64,000 nucleotides of DNA, from assembly GCA_035628995.1 (NCBI GenBank), contig DASPIR010000017.1, positions 4,651-68,650 on the forward strand. The letters are read 5' to 3'. The DNA is from Clostridia bacterium (lineage in GTDB: Bacteria > Bacillota > Clostridia > Lutisporales > Lutisporaceae). The translations under genes and the position numbers were made by a program. The notes below the pieces were generated by a model. It searched no databases. It was not told the DNA's origin and worked only from the letters and a program-made list of their open reading frames with translations. Of this stretch, positions 9,321 to 18,329 are shown in pieces; position 1 is the stretch's first letter, and every line of letters begins with the position of its first letter.

Positions 9321-9422
9321 TTTCACAAATCTGGGAAATATCATGTTTATGCGCTGGATCATCGAGGGCATGGAAAGTCTGGACGGGCTGTCGGGCACTT
9401 TAAACTTCTCTATCGCTCTTGA
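9321..9422 (+). pseudogene. short remnant of an alpha/beta-hydrolase (lysophospholipase-like) gene
   Basis: The frame reads FHKSGKYHVYALDHRGHGKSGRAVGHF.., the typical DHRGHG(K/R)S segment. It has no start and no downstream nucleophile elbow, and it overlaps the 3' end of the opposite-strand gene. Confidence 0.45.
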
Positions 9423-9972
9423 AACCCTTAGCATTCTCCTGTATGAGTTTTATTTTTTCAATAAACCATTTTAAGAGTATAGCGGTAAATAAGTACGTTG
9501 GAATAGAGTAAATATATTTCCAGGTTATTAAATCGTAAAGGTTCATCCAAACAAGGATAGGCTCCAGAATGAATGAAAAAACAAATGTAAGGATTATGTT
9601 AGCAATGATAAACGATTTCCACTTAGGAAAGTATTGATATATGAGTACGAATATAATGGGTACCATTGAATAATTAGCCGGAATTAAACGTGGAAGAATT
9701 GGTATTACTTTAACTGGATAAACCCACATAGTAAGGGTTGAACCAATCTCATCCAACAGAATGGCTATGCTTGATGTCATAGCCAGGTAAAGAAGCATTT
9801 CTTTAAGTCTGCCTTTATCTACTAAACGATACCATATAAACCATGGGATAATAAGGGATAATAAAAGAACCCACCATCCGAAAGTAAATATATCGTTATT
9901 TATCCAGTCACTAAATCTCACTTGATGCAAAAGCTTTTGTAGATTAACTATTACCTGTTGCTCTGGCGTCAT
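9400..9972 (-). CDS. CBO0543-type integral membrane protein (paralog 1)
   Basis: 190 aa, multi-TM. ..WWVLLLSLIIPWFIWYRLVDKGRLKEMLLY..LDEIGS..MWVYP..QYFPKWKSFIIANI.. is collinear with its neighbour. Confidence 0.65.
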   Translation of the reverse strand: MTPEQQVIVNLQKLLHQVRFSDWINNDIFTFGWWVLLLSLIIPWFIWYRLVDKGRLKEMLLYLAMTSSIAILLDEIGSTLTMWVYPVKVIPILPRLIPANYSMVPIIFVLIYQYFPKWKSFIIANIILTFVFSFILEPILVWMNLYDLITWKYIYSIPTYLFTAILLKWFIEKIKLIQENAKGFKSDREV

Positions 9973-10021
9973 GATACACCTTCTATTTTTATCATTATAT
10001 AGAAAATTACGAGTTAAATGT

Positions 10022-10582
10022 TTATGTTGCTGACTTATTCTCGATAGTATTCACTGTCTCAATAAACAATTTTGAAATAAGTGCCGCTATTATGAATATA
10101 AACGTTGAGTATACGTATTTCCATTTTAATAATATAAGAAAGCTCCACCGTGTTGCCAGTGGCAGCAAAATGAGAGTAAGAACAGTTGAAGTAATAACAG
10201 CTGCAATTATAAAGCTCTTCCATTTGGGGAAGTATTGATAAAGCAACATATAAATAATAGGTGCTAAAGAATAGTTCAGGGGCATTAAATGAGGGAATAA
10301 TGGTGTAATCTTCACTGGGTAAGCCCATAAAGTTAACTCACTGCCTATTTCATCAATTAATAAAATGATGCCAGACATTAGAGCGCCATAAACAAGCATT
10401 TCTACTATCCTCTTTTTATCTACCAAGCTGTACCACGCAATCCAGGGAACAACAAGTAATCCTAAGAGAATCCACCATCTAGGAGTAAAGGCAACATTAT
10501 TTACCCAATACTGAAAGTTTGCTTTATATAATAGTTTTTCATATTCAAGAATTAACTGAGTACTTGGATCTATTGTGCACAC
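10022..10582 (-). CDS. CBO0543-type integral membrane protein (paralog 2)
   Basis: 186 aa with the same motifs (..WWILLGLLVVPWIAWYSLVDKKRIVEMLVY..IDEIGS..LWAYP..QYFPKWKSFIIAAV..). GTG start. Confidence 0.65.
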   Translation of the reverse strand: MCTIDPSTQLILEYEKLLYKANFQYWVNNVAFTPRWWILLGLLVVPWIAWYSLVDKKRIVEMLVYGALMSGIILLIDEIGSELTLWAYPVKITPLFPHLMPLNYSLAPIIYMLLYQYFPKWKSFIIAAVITSTVLTLILLPLATRWSFLILLKWKYVYSTFIFIIAALISKLFIETVNTIENKSAT

Positions 10583-10788
10583 CCCATTTATCAGTAAATG
10601 TCACTTTTTCAATGGTTAAGTCCATCAAGAACTAGTATCTCTAATAAAGACCATTGTATTCAATGTGAGTATATATGCCAGATAACGGAGTTATCCACTA
10701 TAAAATAAATAAATGATTTCAGAATCTGTCGTTTAATGGTATAATTTAGGTATGATGTATGAGCGAATAAAGATTGGCGGTGAAGCTA

Positions 10789-11235
10789 ATGTATAAAATC
10801 AGTAGTGAAAGCATAGGGGACGTAAAAAAGTACGTATGGCATTATAGGAAGGACAACAAGGAGCATGGGCCTTTTACCTATGAGGATATTGTTGAAATGG
10901 CGAAAAAAGGCGATATTGGTCCTGAGGACTATGTATTGAAGTTCGGCAACAGGAAATTCTTCAAGGCTTCGGAAGTGCAAGGACTTTTTGATGGAGTAGT
11001 GCAGGATGAGGTAAAGCAGGAAGAGAAGACAGCGATTCCTGGAGAACAGATTGCAGTTAGCGCGGAGGAAACTAAGGAAGAGATAAAAGAAGATATCCAT
11101 GCAGTATTTGAAAATAGGACGGTACATGCGCATACAAGGCAGAAGCAGGAATCCTCAGGGAATAAGGTAATTATGATTGCTGCTGGCTTAATGGGTTTAT
11201 GCGTGGCAGTTTGGATATTAACACGATTGTTTTAG
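10789..11235 (+). CDS. GYF_2 (DUF4339) domain protein with C-terminal TM anchor
   Basis: ..WHYRKDNKEHGPFTYEDIVEMAKKGDIGPEDYVLKFG.. followed by a hydrophobic C-terminus. Confidence 0.6.
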   Translation: MYKISSESIGDVKKYVWHYRKDNKEHGPFTYEDIVEMAKKGDIGPEDYVLKFGNRKFFKASEVQGLFDGVVQDEVKQEEKTAIPGEQIAVSAEETKEEIKEDIHAVFENRTVHAHTRQKQESSGNKVIMIAAGLMGLCVAVWILTRLF

Positions 11236-11242
11236 AGTTATT

Positions 11243-11271
11243 AAAGCCTTGAGAGATGTCAAGGCTTTTTC
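11243..11271 (+). terminator. rho-independent terminator
   Basis: AAAGCCTT-gagagatgtc-AAGGCTTT followed by tt. Confidence 0.65.
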
Positions 11272-11343
11272 ATTTATGGGAGCAAAAATATCTATGAGAG
11301 CCGTCTGATGACGGATAATGAATAAAATTGCGGAGGGGTTAAT

Positions 11344-12120
11344 ATGAATCAGGTTATTGAGTCACTTTTAAGCAGGAAGTCAGTCAGGGCATATGAGGAG
11401 AGGGCAATCCCGGAAGAGATTAAGGAGACAATTATAAAGTCAGCCATGAGGGCTCCAACGGCAGGCAATCAGATGCTGTATTCCATAGTGGAGGTCGCTG
11501 ATCAGAAATCCAGGGAAGTATTGGTAAGAACTTGTGATGATCAGCCCTTTATAGCCAAGGCTCCTTTTGTGCTGCTGTTTCTTGCAGACTATCAGAGGTG
11601 GTTTGACTACTTCATGGTAGCAGGAGTGCCTGAGCTTTGCAAGGAGAAAGGCGAACCGCTGAGGAAGCCAGAGGAAGGAGACTTGCTCCTTGCTTGCTGT
11701 GATGCTCTGATTGCTGCTCATGCTGCAGTAGTTGCAGCGGAGTCCATGGGAATCGGTACCTGCTACATAGGGGACATAATGGAGAACTACGAAGAACATA
11801 GAGAATTGTTCGATTTGCCGCAATATGTATTTCCAATTGCAATGGTTTGCTTTGGGTATCCTACAGAGCAGCAGAAGGAAAGGCCGCAGCCGGAAAGATA
11901 CAAGCAGGAATATGTGGTGTTTAAGGATAAATACAGAAGGCTCAGCAAGGAAGAATTCGATGACATGTTTAAGAGTACAAATGACAGACTGTTCGGGAGC
12001 AACGGCTCAATAAAAGGAGCAGAGAACTATGGGCAGCACATGTACATAAAAAAATTCGACAGTGCATTCTCAAAGGAAGCGAACCGGTCTGTACAAGAGA
12101 TTTTGAAGAACTGGAAATAG
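11344..12120 (+). CDS. nitroreductase-family oxidoreductase
   Basis: ..LLSRKSVRAYEERAIPEE..APTAGNQM.. N-terminal signature. Confidence 0.8.
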   Translation: MNQVIESLLSRKSVRAYEERAIPEEIKETIIKSAMRAPTAGNQMLYSIVEVADQKSREVLVRTCDDQPFIAKAPFVLLFLADYQRWFDYFMVAGVPELCKEKGEPLRKPEEGDLLLACCDALIAAHAAVVAAESMGIGTCYIGDIMENYEEHRELFDLPQYVFPIAMVCFGYPTEQQKERPQPERYKQEYVVFKDKYRRLSKEEFDDMFKSTNDRLFGSNGSIKGAENYGQHMYIKKFDSAFSKEANRSVQEILKNWK

Positions 12121-12168
12121 TGATAAAGCCCCCCGATCCTGTTTTGTGCAGGAACGGAGGGCTTTATA

Positions 12169-13635
12169 TTATTCAGCTGTTTTCCTGCTTAGATTAATAT
12201 TTTCCATATTAAACATTCGCAATGAGCCTTTTATATCTTTCTCAACAGCCATTTTCCCGTGCTTGTCAACCTCGCTCTTGTCCTTGGGGCCGTGGCACAA
12301 GGAGGCTGCGCCTCCGATACAGCCATTTACACAGGTCATACCTTCGATAAAGTTTTCTTTCAGGCGGTTAAACTTGGCGAGCTTTAACGCTTTATCACAT
12401 TCAGCTATGCCATCACATACAACAGGGCGGAAGTCCAGCTCAAGGTTCTCTGATTCTATGACATGCCTGACTGCTTCTGTCAAACCGCCTGTGCGGGCAA
12501 ATATCCTGCCAAAGAAAGAGGCATTATCAAGTACAGCTTCCTCGCAGTTCTCTATGTCTACTTCCATGGCATCCAACATTGCGCATAATTCCTCGAAAGT
12601 TAATACATATTCTGTATCACCCTTAAGCTCATCTCTCATGATTTCTGCTTTCTTGGATGTGCAAGGTCCTATGAATACAATGCGGGCTTTATCATCCATG
12701 GACTTAATCAGCCTTGAGATGGCAATCATTGGGGATACCGAATCAGATATATTATTCTTCAATGTAGGATAAAACTTCTCAATATATCTTACAAAGGAAG
12801 GACAGCAGGAGCTTGTTACAAACTTCTTCTTGCCAACCGCTGCCGCAAGCTCTTTTGTCTCATGCATCGCCACCATGTCTGCTCCAAGGGCTACTTCTAC
12901 CACATCATGGAACCCCATCTGCTTTATCCCTTTGATTACTTGTCCTATAGTTGCATTGTCAAACTGGCTGGAGATGGAGGGAGCTATAACGGCGTAAAGC
13001 CTTATGCTATTATTGTGCGCAGCCTCCTTCAGCTCCTCAATGACATTTACTATGAAGGACTTGTCTGCAATAGCTCCAAATGGACATTGATAAGCACAGG
13101 CACCACACTGAATGCATTTTTCATTATCAATTATTGCCTTTTTATCATCATCAAAGTTAAGAGCGTGTGTAGGGCACGCTTTCTTACAAGGGCGCATAAC
13201 ATCAGAAATGGCATTGTAAGGGCATACTGCTTTGCATTTGCCGCATTCTATGCACTTATTGGGGTTAATATATGCTCTTCCGCTAACATGCTGTATAGCA
13301 CCCACAGGGCACGCTTCGGAACAGCGGTGTGCCAGGCATCCGCGGCAGGCTTCTGTTACTGTGAAGCGGTAAATTGGACACTCATCACAGGCAATGTCCA
13401 TCACTTCAATTATATTTGGATTATCCGCGCTGCCTCCGGTTGCCAGCTTTATCCTCTGCTCCATTATGGCGCGTTCCTTATGAATGCAGCACCTTATCCT
13501 CGGCTTAGGCCCGGGAGCGATTATTTTCGGAAGTGCCCCAAGCTTTTCATCCAGTGAACCTTCCAAAGCCAGCTCTGCTACACCGCGAAGAACTTCATAT
13601 TTTATCAATTGTACATCTGTCTCAAATTTTCTCAT
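12169..13635 (-). CDS. [FeFe]-hydrogenase-family protein (HfsD-like, with ferredoxin-type clusters)
   Basis: Several CxxCxxCxxxCP motifs plus H-cluster motifs FVTSSCCPSFV, FIGPCTSKKAE and EGMTCVNGCIGG. Confidence 0.85.
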   Translation of the reverse strand: MRKFETDVQLIKYEVLRGVAELALEGSLDEKLGALPKIIAPGPKPRIRCCIHKERAIMEQRIKLATGGSADNPNIIEVMDIACDECPIYRFTVTEACRGCLAHRCSEACPVGAIQHVSGRAYINPNKCIECGKCKAVCPYNAISDVMRPCKKACPTHALNFDDDKKAIIDNEKCIQCGACAYQCPFGAIADKSFIVNVIEELKEAAHNNSIRLYAVIAPSISSQFDNATIGQVIKGIKQMGFHDVVEVALGADMVAMHETKELAAAVGKKKFVTSSCCPSFVRYIEKFYPTLKNNISDSVSPMIAISRLIKSMDDKARIVFIGPCTSKKAEIMRDELKGDTEYVLTFEELCAMLDAMEVDIENCEEAVLDNASFFGRIFARTGGLTEAVRHVIESENLELDFRPVVCDGIAECDKALKLAKFNRLKENFIEGMTCVNGCIGGAASLCHGPKDKSEVDKHGKMAVEKDIKGSLRMFNMENINLSRKTAE

Positions 13636-13652
13636 TTCATATACCCCACAAG

Positions 13653-14828
13653 TTAAATATAAGTTAGTTGAATCCTTTTTCCTAAGCGCTCCATAAGATC
13701 TGCCAGTTCTGCAACCACTTTGAGCTTTATTCCAAGATCTATAGGAAAGTCAGGATTTTGGTGAGCAGGATTTACCGCTTTGCCCACCCAGATATTCAAG
13801 TGGGTGCAATCCTCTATCAGGAGCTTTGCCAGTTGAGAGGCACCATCCAGCTTGTCGAAGCTGCAGCGGCCCTCACGGTTAGCGCTGCTATTGATATACG
13901 CTTTAATTTTATCAACGGTCTTTCGTAAAGTGAGCACACCTTCGGTCACCAGGTCTATTCCCTTTATAGATGCGGTAGGAGGTACCTCCAGATCAAAAAA
14001 ATCCATATTTGTTACTATTTCCTGATTTAACTCACGTGCAGCAATTTTAGCAGCTGTCCCGCCGCAAACTACTCTCCTGCCTTTGGCCTGCTTAAGCTTT
14101 TTGATAATCCAGGCATCATCTTCGGGGTTCAATGGAGGGCCTGTAAACAAGTCTACTTCTTCGGACTGTCGGAGCTTTACCGTGACCACTGTGGCATCAT
14201 CCCCCGGCCTGCTCTCATAAAGGTTGTGGCATGCCTCAATAAGACTCTTTGATATATTAGCTGCACATTTCTCTATACAAGCTTGGCGTTCCAAGTATTC
14301 TTCTATGTTCCCCCACTGCCAGCCCAGATTTAGAATTCCACCTACGCCGGCATGAACTACACCGTCGCTGACAACAGTAAGCGCATCACCCTCGCTCATA
14401 AGGAAGGAGCTTTCCTTTACTATACGGTCATTCACCAAAATCGCAGTATTTTGCATGTCGGTCTGATTTTTCCCTTTGTGCAGGAGGAATATTGGCGGAT
14501 TGTCATATTCGGCTACATATACCTGCCCGCTCTCATGAATTTTTATTATTGTAAAGGTTGAATATGCAAGCTTTCGTACGCTGCATACAGGCAAGGTCTG
14601 AATGATGGTATCCACAGTCTCAAAAATGCTTGCGCCTTCCTTAAGCATAGTGGCTGCAATCTTACAGGTAAGGGTAGCGAGAATATTCGCCTTTACGCCG
14701 CTGCCCAAGCCATCGGAGATGACAATTATCACGCTGTCCTCGGTGCGTACTATCTCGACCTTGTCTCCGCAGAGCTCTTCACCATATTTATTCAAACTAT
14801 TATAGGCTATATCAATAAAATAACTCAT
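13653..14828 (-). CDS. PP2C/SpoIIE-family serine phosphatase
   Basis: ..GEELCGDKVEIV..VISDGLGSGVKANI..GDALTVVSDGV... A 4-nt overlap with the upstream gene indicates translational coupling. Confidence 0.8.
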   Translation of the reverse strand: MSYFIDIAYNSLNKYGEELCGDKVEIVRTEDSVIIVISDGLGSGVKANILATLTCKIAATMLKEGASIFETVDTIIQTLPVCSVRKLAYSTFTIIKIHESGQVYVAEYDNPPIFLLHKGKNQTDMQNTAILVNDRIVKESSFLMSEGDALTVVSDGVVHAGVGGILNLGWQWGNIEEYLERQACIEKCAANISKSLIEACHNLYESRPGDDATVVTVKLRQSEEVDLFTGPPLNPEDDAWIIKKLKQAKGRRVVCGGTAAKIAARELNQEIVTNMDFFDLEVPPTASIKGIDLVTEGVLTLRKTVDKIKAYINSSANREGRCSFDKLDGASQLAKLLIEDCTHLNIWVGKAVNPAHQNPDFPIDLGIKLKVVAELADLMERLGKRIQLTYI

Positions 14829-16558
14829 TCTAAATCACCGGCTTCTCCAATAACTATTTCCTTTAGCTTGGTAAGTATTACTTTGGTCTCTGCAGTTGTT
14901 TCTCCCAATAGTCCAGCAATTTCCTGAGCCACCCGCATTTGCTTCGTAATTACCTTTTGAGCGGCTTCAAGGGTATTCTGCTTTACCCGTGTAAGCTCTT
15001 CCTTATGCTTCTCATCCAGTGTTACATCCATCATGATAGCCAGTATAAGGTTCTGCTTTTCCAGGTAAACCAGATTCATCATAAAAACCAAATCATATTG
15101 TGAAAATCGCACCTTCTGCTTATAAATGCCCTGTCTTGTTTCAATAACCTTCACAAAATCCGAGTCATCCATTAAGAGGCTTACAGGCTTGTCCTTTGCA
15201 CCAATGGCGCTTATATTGAAAAGTCTTTCTGCTGTGGGGTTGAACTCCTTAACCCGCAGTTCCTCGTCCACAAGCATGATAATATTCGGGGAATGCTCGA
15301 ATATGACGTTTGACAAGCTTTCTGCCTTGCTTCTCATATAGGGCAGACACATGGACATTTCCGCCATGCCGTCAATTACAGCCTTTGCCTTTTCCCGGCA
15401 GCTGTTATAACCGCAAGCTCCACAGTTGAGCTCGTCAGCAGGTGTGTACTTCCCCATTCTGGAAAGTACTCTTACCAAATCTTCCTCTGATGCAGGAGAA
15501 TTCCTTAAGGCTTTATCATGGAATTCCTTCGAGAAGCTTATGGAATCAAGTAATGCATCTGTCTCGTAATAACCATAGCTTGAGGCTTCCTGCTTCTTTG
15601 AATATTCTCTGACACGTTGATAGCATTTGAAGTGGTTTCTATTATCCTTAGGCATTCCCGGCCCTCCCAGGCAGCTCCCTTCGCAAATGCTTACCTCTAC
15701 GCAGACATTTTCAAGCAGCCCCTTCTCCAAGGCCTGAAAAACCTCCAGGCATTTGTTTATACCGTCAACCTTCAGGAGTTCATAGCTCTTATTACGTCCA
15801 GCGGTTGGAAGGCTTCCTACAACTCCTCCTGAAATGGGATACTGACGCCCTTTGGATGAAGCCCTATGATCAAAGCCAGAAGGGGGCAGCTGCTTCAAAT
15901 CAATATCCTCTTCGAACAGCCATTGACTTAGTTCCTCAAAGGTCAATACAGCATCTATTGAACCATTATATTGCATGCCAAATGCCTCAGCTTTTTTTGC
16001 CACACAAGGACCAATAAAAACTACGCAGATATCTGAACCTAGTGTATGCTTTAAAAGTCGTCCGTGGACCAGCATAGGGGATGCAATAGGTATCATAAGC
16101 GGAATAAGAGAAGGGTGGTACTTTTCTATTAAATAGTTGGCAGAAGGACAACAGGTGGTAATAAGATTAGTCTGGTCACTTTCGGTCAAATACTCATTAT
16201 ACAGCATCGTCACAACGTCAGCCCCTGAGGCGGTTTCTTCAACAATAGAAAAGCCAAGCTGTTTCAGAGCGGTATCCATTTGCCCGGGGTCTGACATCTC
16301 GAATGCTCCTGCAAAGCTGGGAGCAAGACTTGCTATAACAGTTTTGCCTTCGGCAATATAAGCTTTGATTTGATTAAGATCACTTCTTATGTTTCTTGCA
16401 TCCTGGGGACACACGGACAGGCAATGGCCACAGGCAATGCAGCGGTCTTCCATTATATTAGCCTGCTCATCCTTTATCTGGATTGCTTTTACCGGGCAGG
16501 AGCGCAGACATCGATAGCAGTTCTTACAGTTCGCTTTAGAGAAATTAATGAGGTTCAA
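14825..16558 (-). CDS. putative sensory [FeFe]-hydrogenase (HydS/HfsB-like) with C-terminal PAS domain
   Basis: 2x[4Fe-4S] N-terminus. H-cluster motifs TTCCPSANY, FIGPCVAKKAE and VSICEGSCLGGPG. An extra CGACGYNSC-x16-C (Cx2Cx4Cx16C) motif is followed by a PAS-like region. Confidence 0.85.
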   Translation of the reverse strand: MNLINFSKANCKNCYRCLRSCPVKAIQIKDEQANIMEDRCIACGHCLSVCPQDARNIRSDLNQIKAYIAEGKTVIASLAPSFAGAFEMSDPGQMDTALKQLGFSIVEETASGADVVTMLYNEYLTESDQTNLITTCCPSANYLIEKYHPSLIPLMIPIASPMLVHGRLLKHTLGSDICVVFIGPCVAKKAEAFGMQYNGSIDAVLTFEELSQWLFEEDIDLKQLPPSGFDHRASSKGRQYPISGGVVGSLPTAGRNKSYELLKVDGINKCLEVFQALEKGLLENVCVEVSICEGSCLGGPGMPKDNRNHFKCYQRVREYSKKQEASSYGYYETDALLDSISFSKEFHDKALRNSPASEEDLVRVLSRMGKYTPADELNCGACGYNSCREKAKAVIDGMAEMSMCLPYMRSKAESLSNVIFEHSPNIIMLVDEELRVKEFNPTAERLFNISAIGAKDKPVSLLMDDSDFVKVIETRQGIYKQKVRFSQYDLVFMMNLVYLEKQNLILAIMMDVTLDEKHKEELTRVKQNTLEAAQKVITKQMRVAQEIAGLLGETTAETKVILTKLKEIVIGEAGDLE

Positions 16559-16560
16559 TA

Positions 16561-16803
16561 TTAAAACCTCCCAGCGACATGCTCATCAAAAAACTGCCCA
16601 ACAGTATTGTCACATACTGAAAGTACCGGACCATCATCTATCTGCACCGAAACAGCACTGGTACAGCAGCCCAGACAGAAAGCTGCTCTTAAAGTTATAA
16701 TGTCCTGAAGGCTCTTTTCATTGATAAGCTTCTGAAGACTATTTATGACGTTGTATGCGCCTTTTAGATGACAGGCGCTTCCTATGCAAACCTGAATTAT
16801 CAT
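16561..16803 (-). CDS. thioredoxin-like [2Fe-2S] ferredoxin (NuoE/HfsA-like)
   Basis: ..IQVCIGSACHLKG..AFCLGCC... Start set at the ATG (16803) behind AGGAG. The longer ORF-track start adds only a hydrophobic leader. Confidence 0.7.
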   Translation of the reverse strand: MIIQVCIGSACHLKGAYNVINSLQKLINEKSLQDIITLRAAFCLGCCTSAVSVQIDDGPVLSVCDNTVGQFFDEHVAGRF

Positions 16804-16920
16804 AATAACAACTCCTATGAATAAAATGATTATAACAAAATACTTGTATATTGTATACAAGATAGATCTAATTATAGTACATTGTTAAATTTATGTCAAC
16901 TTAACATGTTTCTAAACTCC

Positions 16921-16955
16921 AAGAAAAAGAAAAGCAGCCAAGTAATTGGCTGCCA
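16921..16955 (-). terminator. rho-independent terminator of the LysE-family gene
   Basis: GCAGCCA-agtaat-TGGCTGC with a T-run on the minus strand. Confidence 0.6.
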
Positions 16956-16992
16956 TTATGACATAAGGCTTATAGAGGTTGATTAGCAAGTA

Positions 16993-17586
16993 CTATAATA
17001 TCATTTCAAAAATAGCTACAGCACAATACAATAACAGGAGGCTCATTGTTATATTAAAAGCTTTTCTGTATTTCGATAAGAACTTTTGAAACAATGCACC
17101 GAACAAGGCCCAGCAAGTTGTTGAGACAAACCCCACAAAAGCCAGCAGGAGTGAGAATAGCATCAGTGCTGCATGTGTATTGTAATAGGGTATTATGAAG
17201 CTGGAAATAGCTGTGATTCCATATAATATAACCTTTGGATTAACAAATTGCAGCAAAAATCCAGTAAGAAATGAATTCATATGGGTATTATCGTTTTCTC
17301 CTTCAACATGTTTGTTGGTGTAGATATTATATGCCAGATAGATCATATATATTGATCCTATGATGGCCATAATGATTTTTACTCTTGGTATAAGGTTGAA
17401 CAACAGCAGATTGAAATAGCTGCATGCCAGCATAATGACCATAAAACCTGCAAAAACGCCAAGATTGAAATTGATTGTCTTTTTGAAGCCATCCCGGTTG
17501 GCATTTGTCATCGACATTATGTTATTAGGGCCAGGAGTAAAGGTTGTGACAAATACATACGAAAGAAAAGGAACTAAGTTAATCAT
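16993..17586 (-). CDS. LysE/RhtB-family amino acid exporter
   Basis: 197 aa, 6 TM, N-terminal ..TFTPGPNN.. signature. Confidence 0.8.
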   Translation of the reverse strand: MINLVPFLSYVFVTTFTPGPNNIMSMTNANRDGFKKTINFNLGVFAGFMVIMLACSYFNLLLFNLIPRVKIIMAIIGSIYMIYLAYNIYTNKHVEGENDNTHMNSFLTGFLLQFVNPKVILYGITAISSFIIPYYNTHAALMLFSLLLAFVGFVSTTCWALFGALFQKFLSKYRKAFNITMSLLLLYCAVAIFEMIL

Positions 17587-17700
17587 CTCATTGACCTCCG
17601 AAAATATGATATACTATACATAAAGTGCGTTATAACGAGTGTATGCTATAATTATACAACATGTGCGTTATAGAATACAATAGAGGAGGAAACATTTATT

Positions 17701-18255
17701 TTGGAAAACTTAAATGAGGTAGTTGCCAGAAACCTAAAAAGCATACGTGAAGAAAAGAAGTTAAGCCTGGACAAGGTAGCAGAGTTTACCGGCGTAAGCA
17801 AGAGCATGCTCGGACAGATAGAAAGAGGAGAGTCAAACCCAACTATAACTACAGTCTGGAAAATAGCTAACGGCCTCAAAATTTCCTTCACTTCTCTTAT
17901 TAACACTCCACAGCAGGATACCGTTATTATAAATCGAAGTGAAATAGAGCCTCTTATTGAGGATAATGGAAAGTATCGACTTTACCCATACTTCCCCTAT
18001 GAGGATGGACGGCGTTTTGAGGTATATTCTGTAGAGATTGAGAAAGGCGGATATTTAAGTGCTGATGCTCACCCCGAAGGCACTCAGGAGTTTATAACGG
18101 TATTTGATGGTGAATTGACTATTAGAGTAAACGATGAGGAGTATTCAATAAAAGAGGGAGACTCAATCAGATTTAAGGCCGATAAATCCCACACCTATCA
18201 TAATTCGGGCAATAAGCTTGCAAAGGTAAGTTTGGTTATTTATTACCCCCTTTAA
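17701..18255 (+). CDS. XRE-family HTH regulator with C-terminal cupin domain
   Basis: ..LSLDKVAEFTGVSKSMLGQIERGESNPT.. plus cupin (..GDSIRFKADKSHTYHN..). Divergent from the LysE exporter. Confidence 0.85.
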   Translation: MENLNEVVARNLKSIREEKKLSLDKVAEFTGVSKSMLGQIERGESNPTITTVWKIANGLKISFTSLINTPQQDTVIINRSEIEPLIEDNGKYRLYPYFPYEDGRRFEVYSVEIEKGGYLSADAHPEGTQEFITVFDGELTIRVNDEEYSIKEGDSIRFKADKSHTYHNSGNKLAKVSLVIYYPL

Positions 18256-18329
18256 TAACCAATGGTATATTTACAGGTACTATAATAAAATATTTATTAG
18301 AAGCTTATTAATGTAGAGAGGTATATTTT

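Noticed and set aside
12146-13557. Long plus-strand ORFs (12146-12772, 208 aa; 12862-13557, 231 aa) inside the hydrogenase locus
   Set aside because: They are antisense to a gene with unmistakable [FeFe]-hydrogenase and ferredoxin motifs. Their sequences are low-complexity and Ser/Leu-rich, with no RBS or family resemblance.
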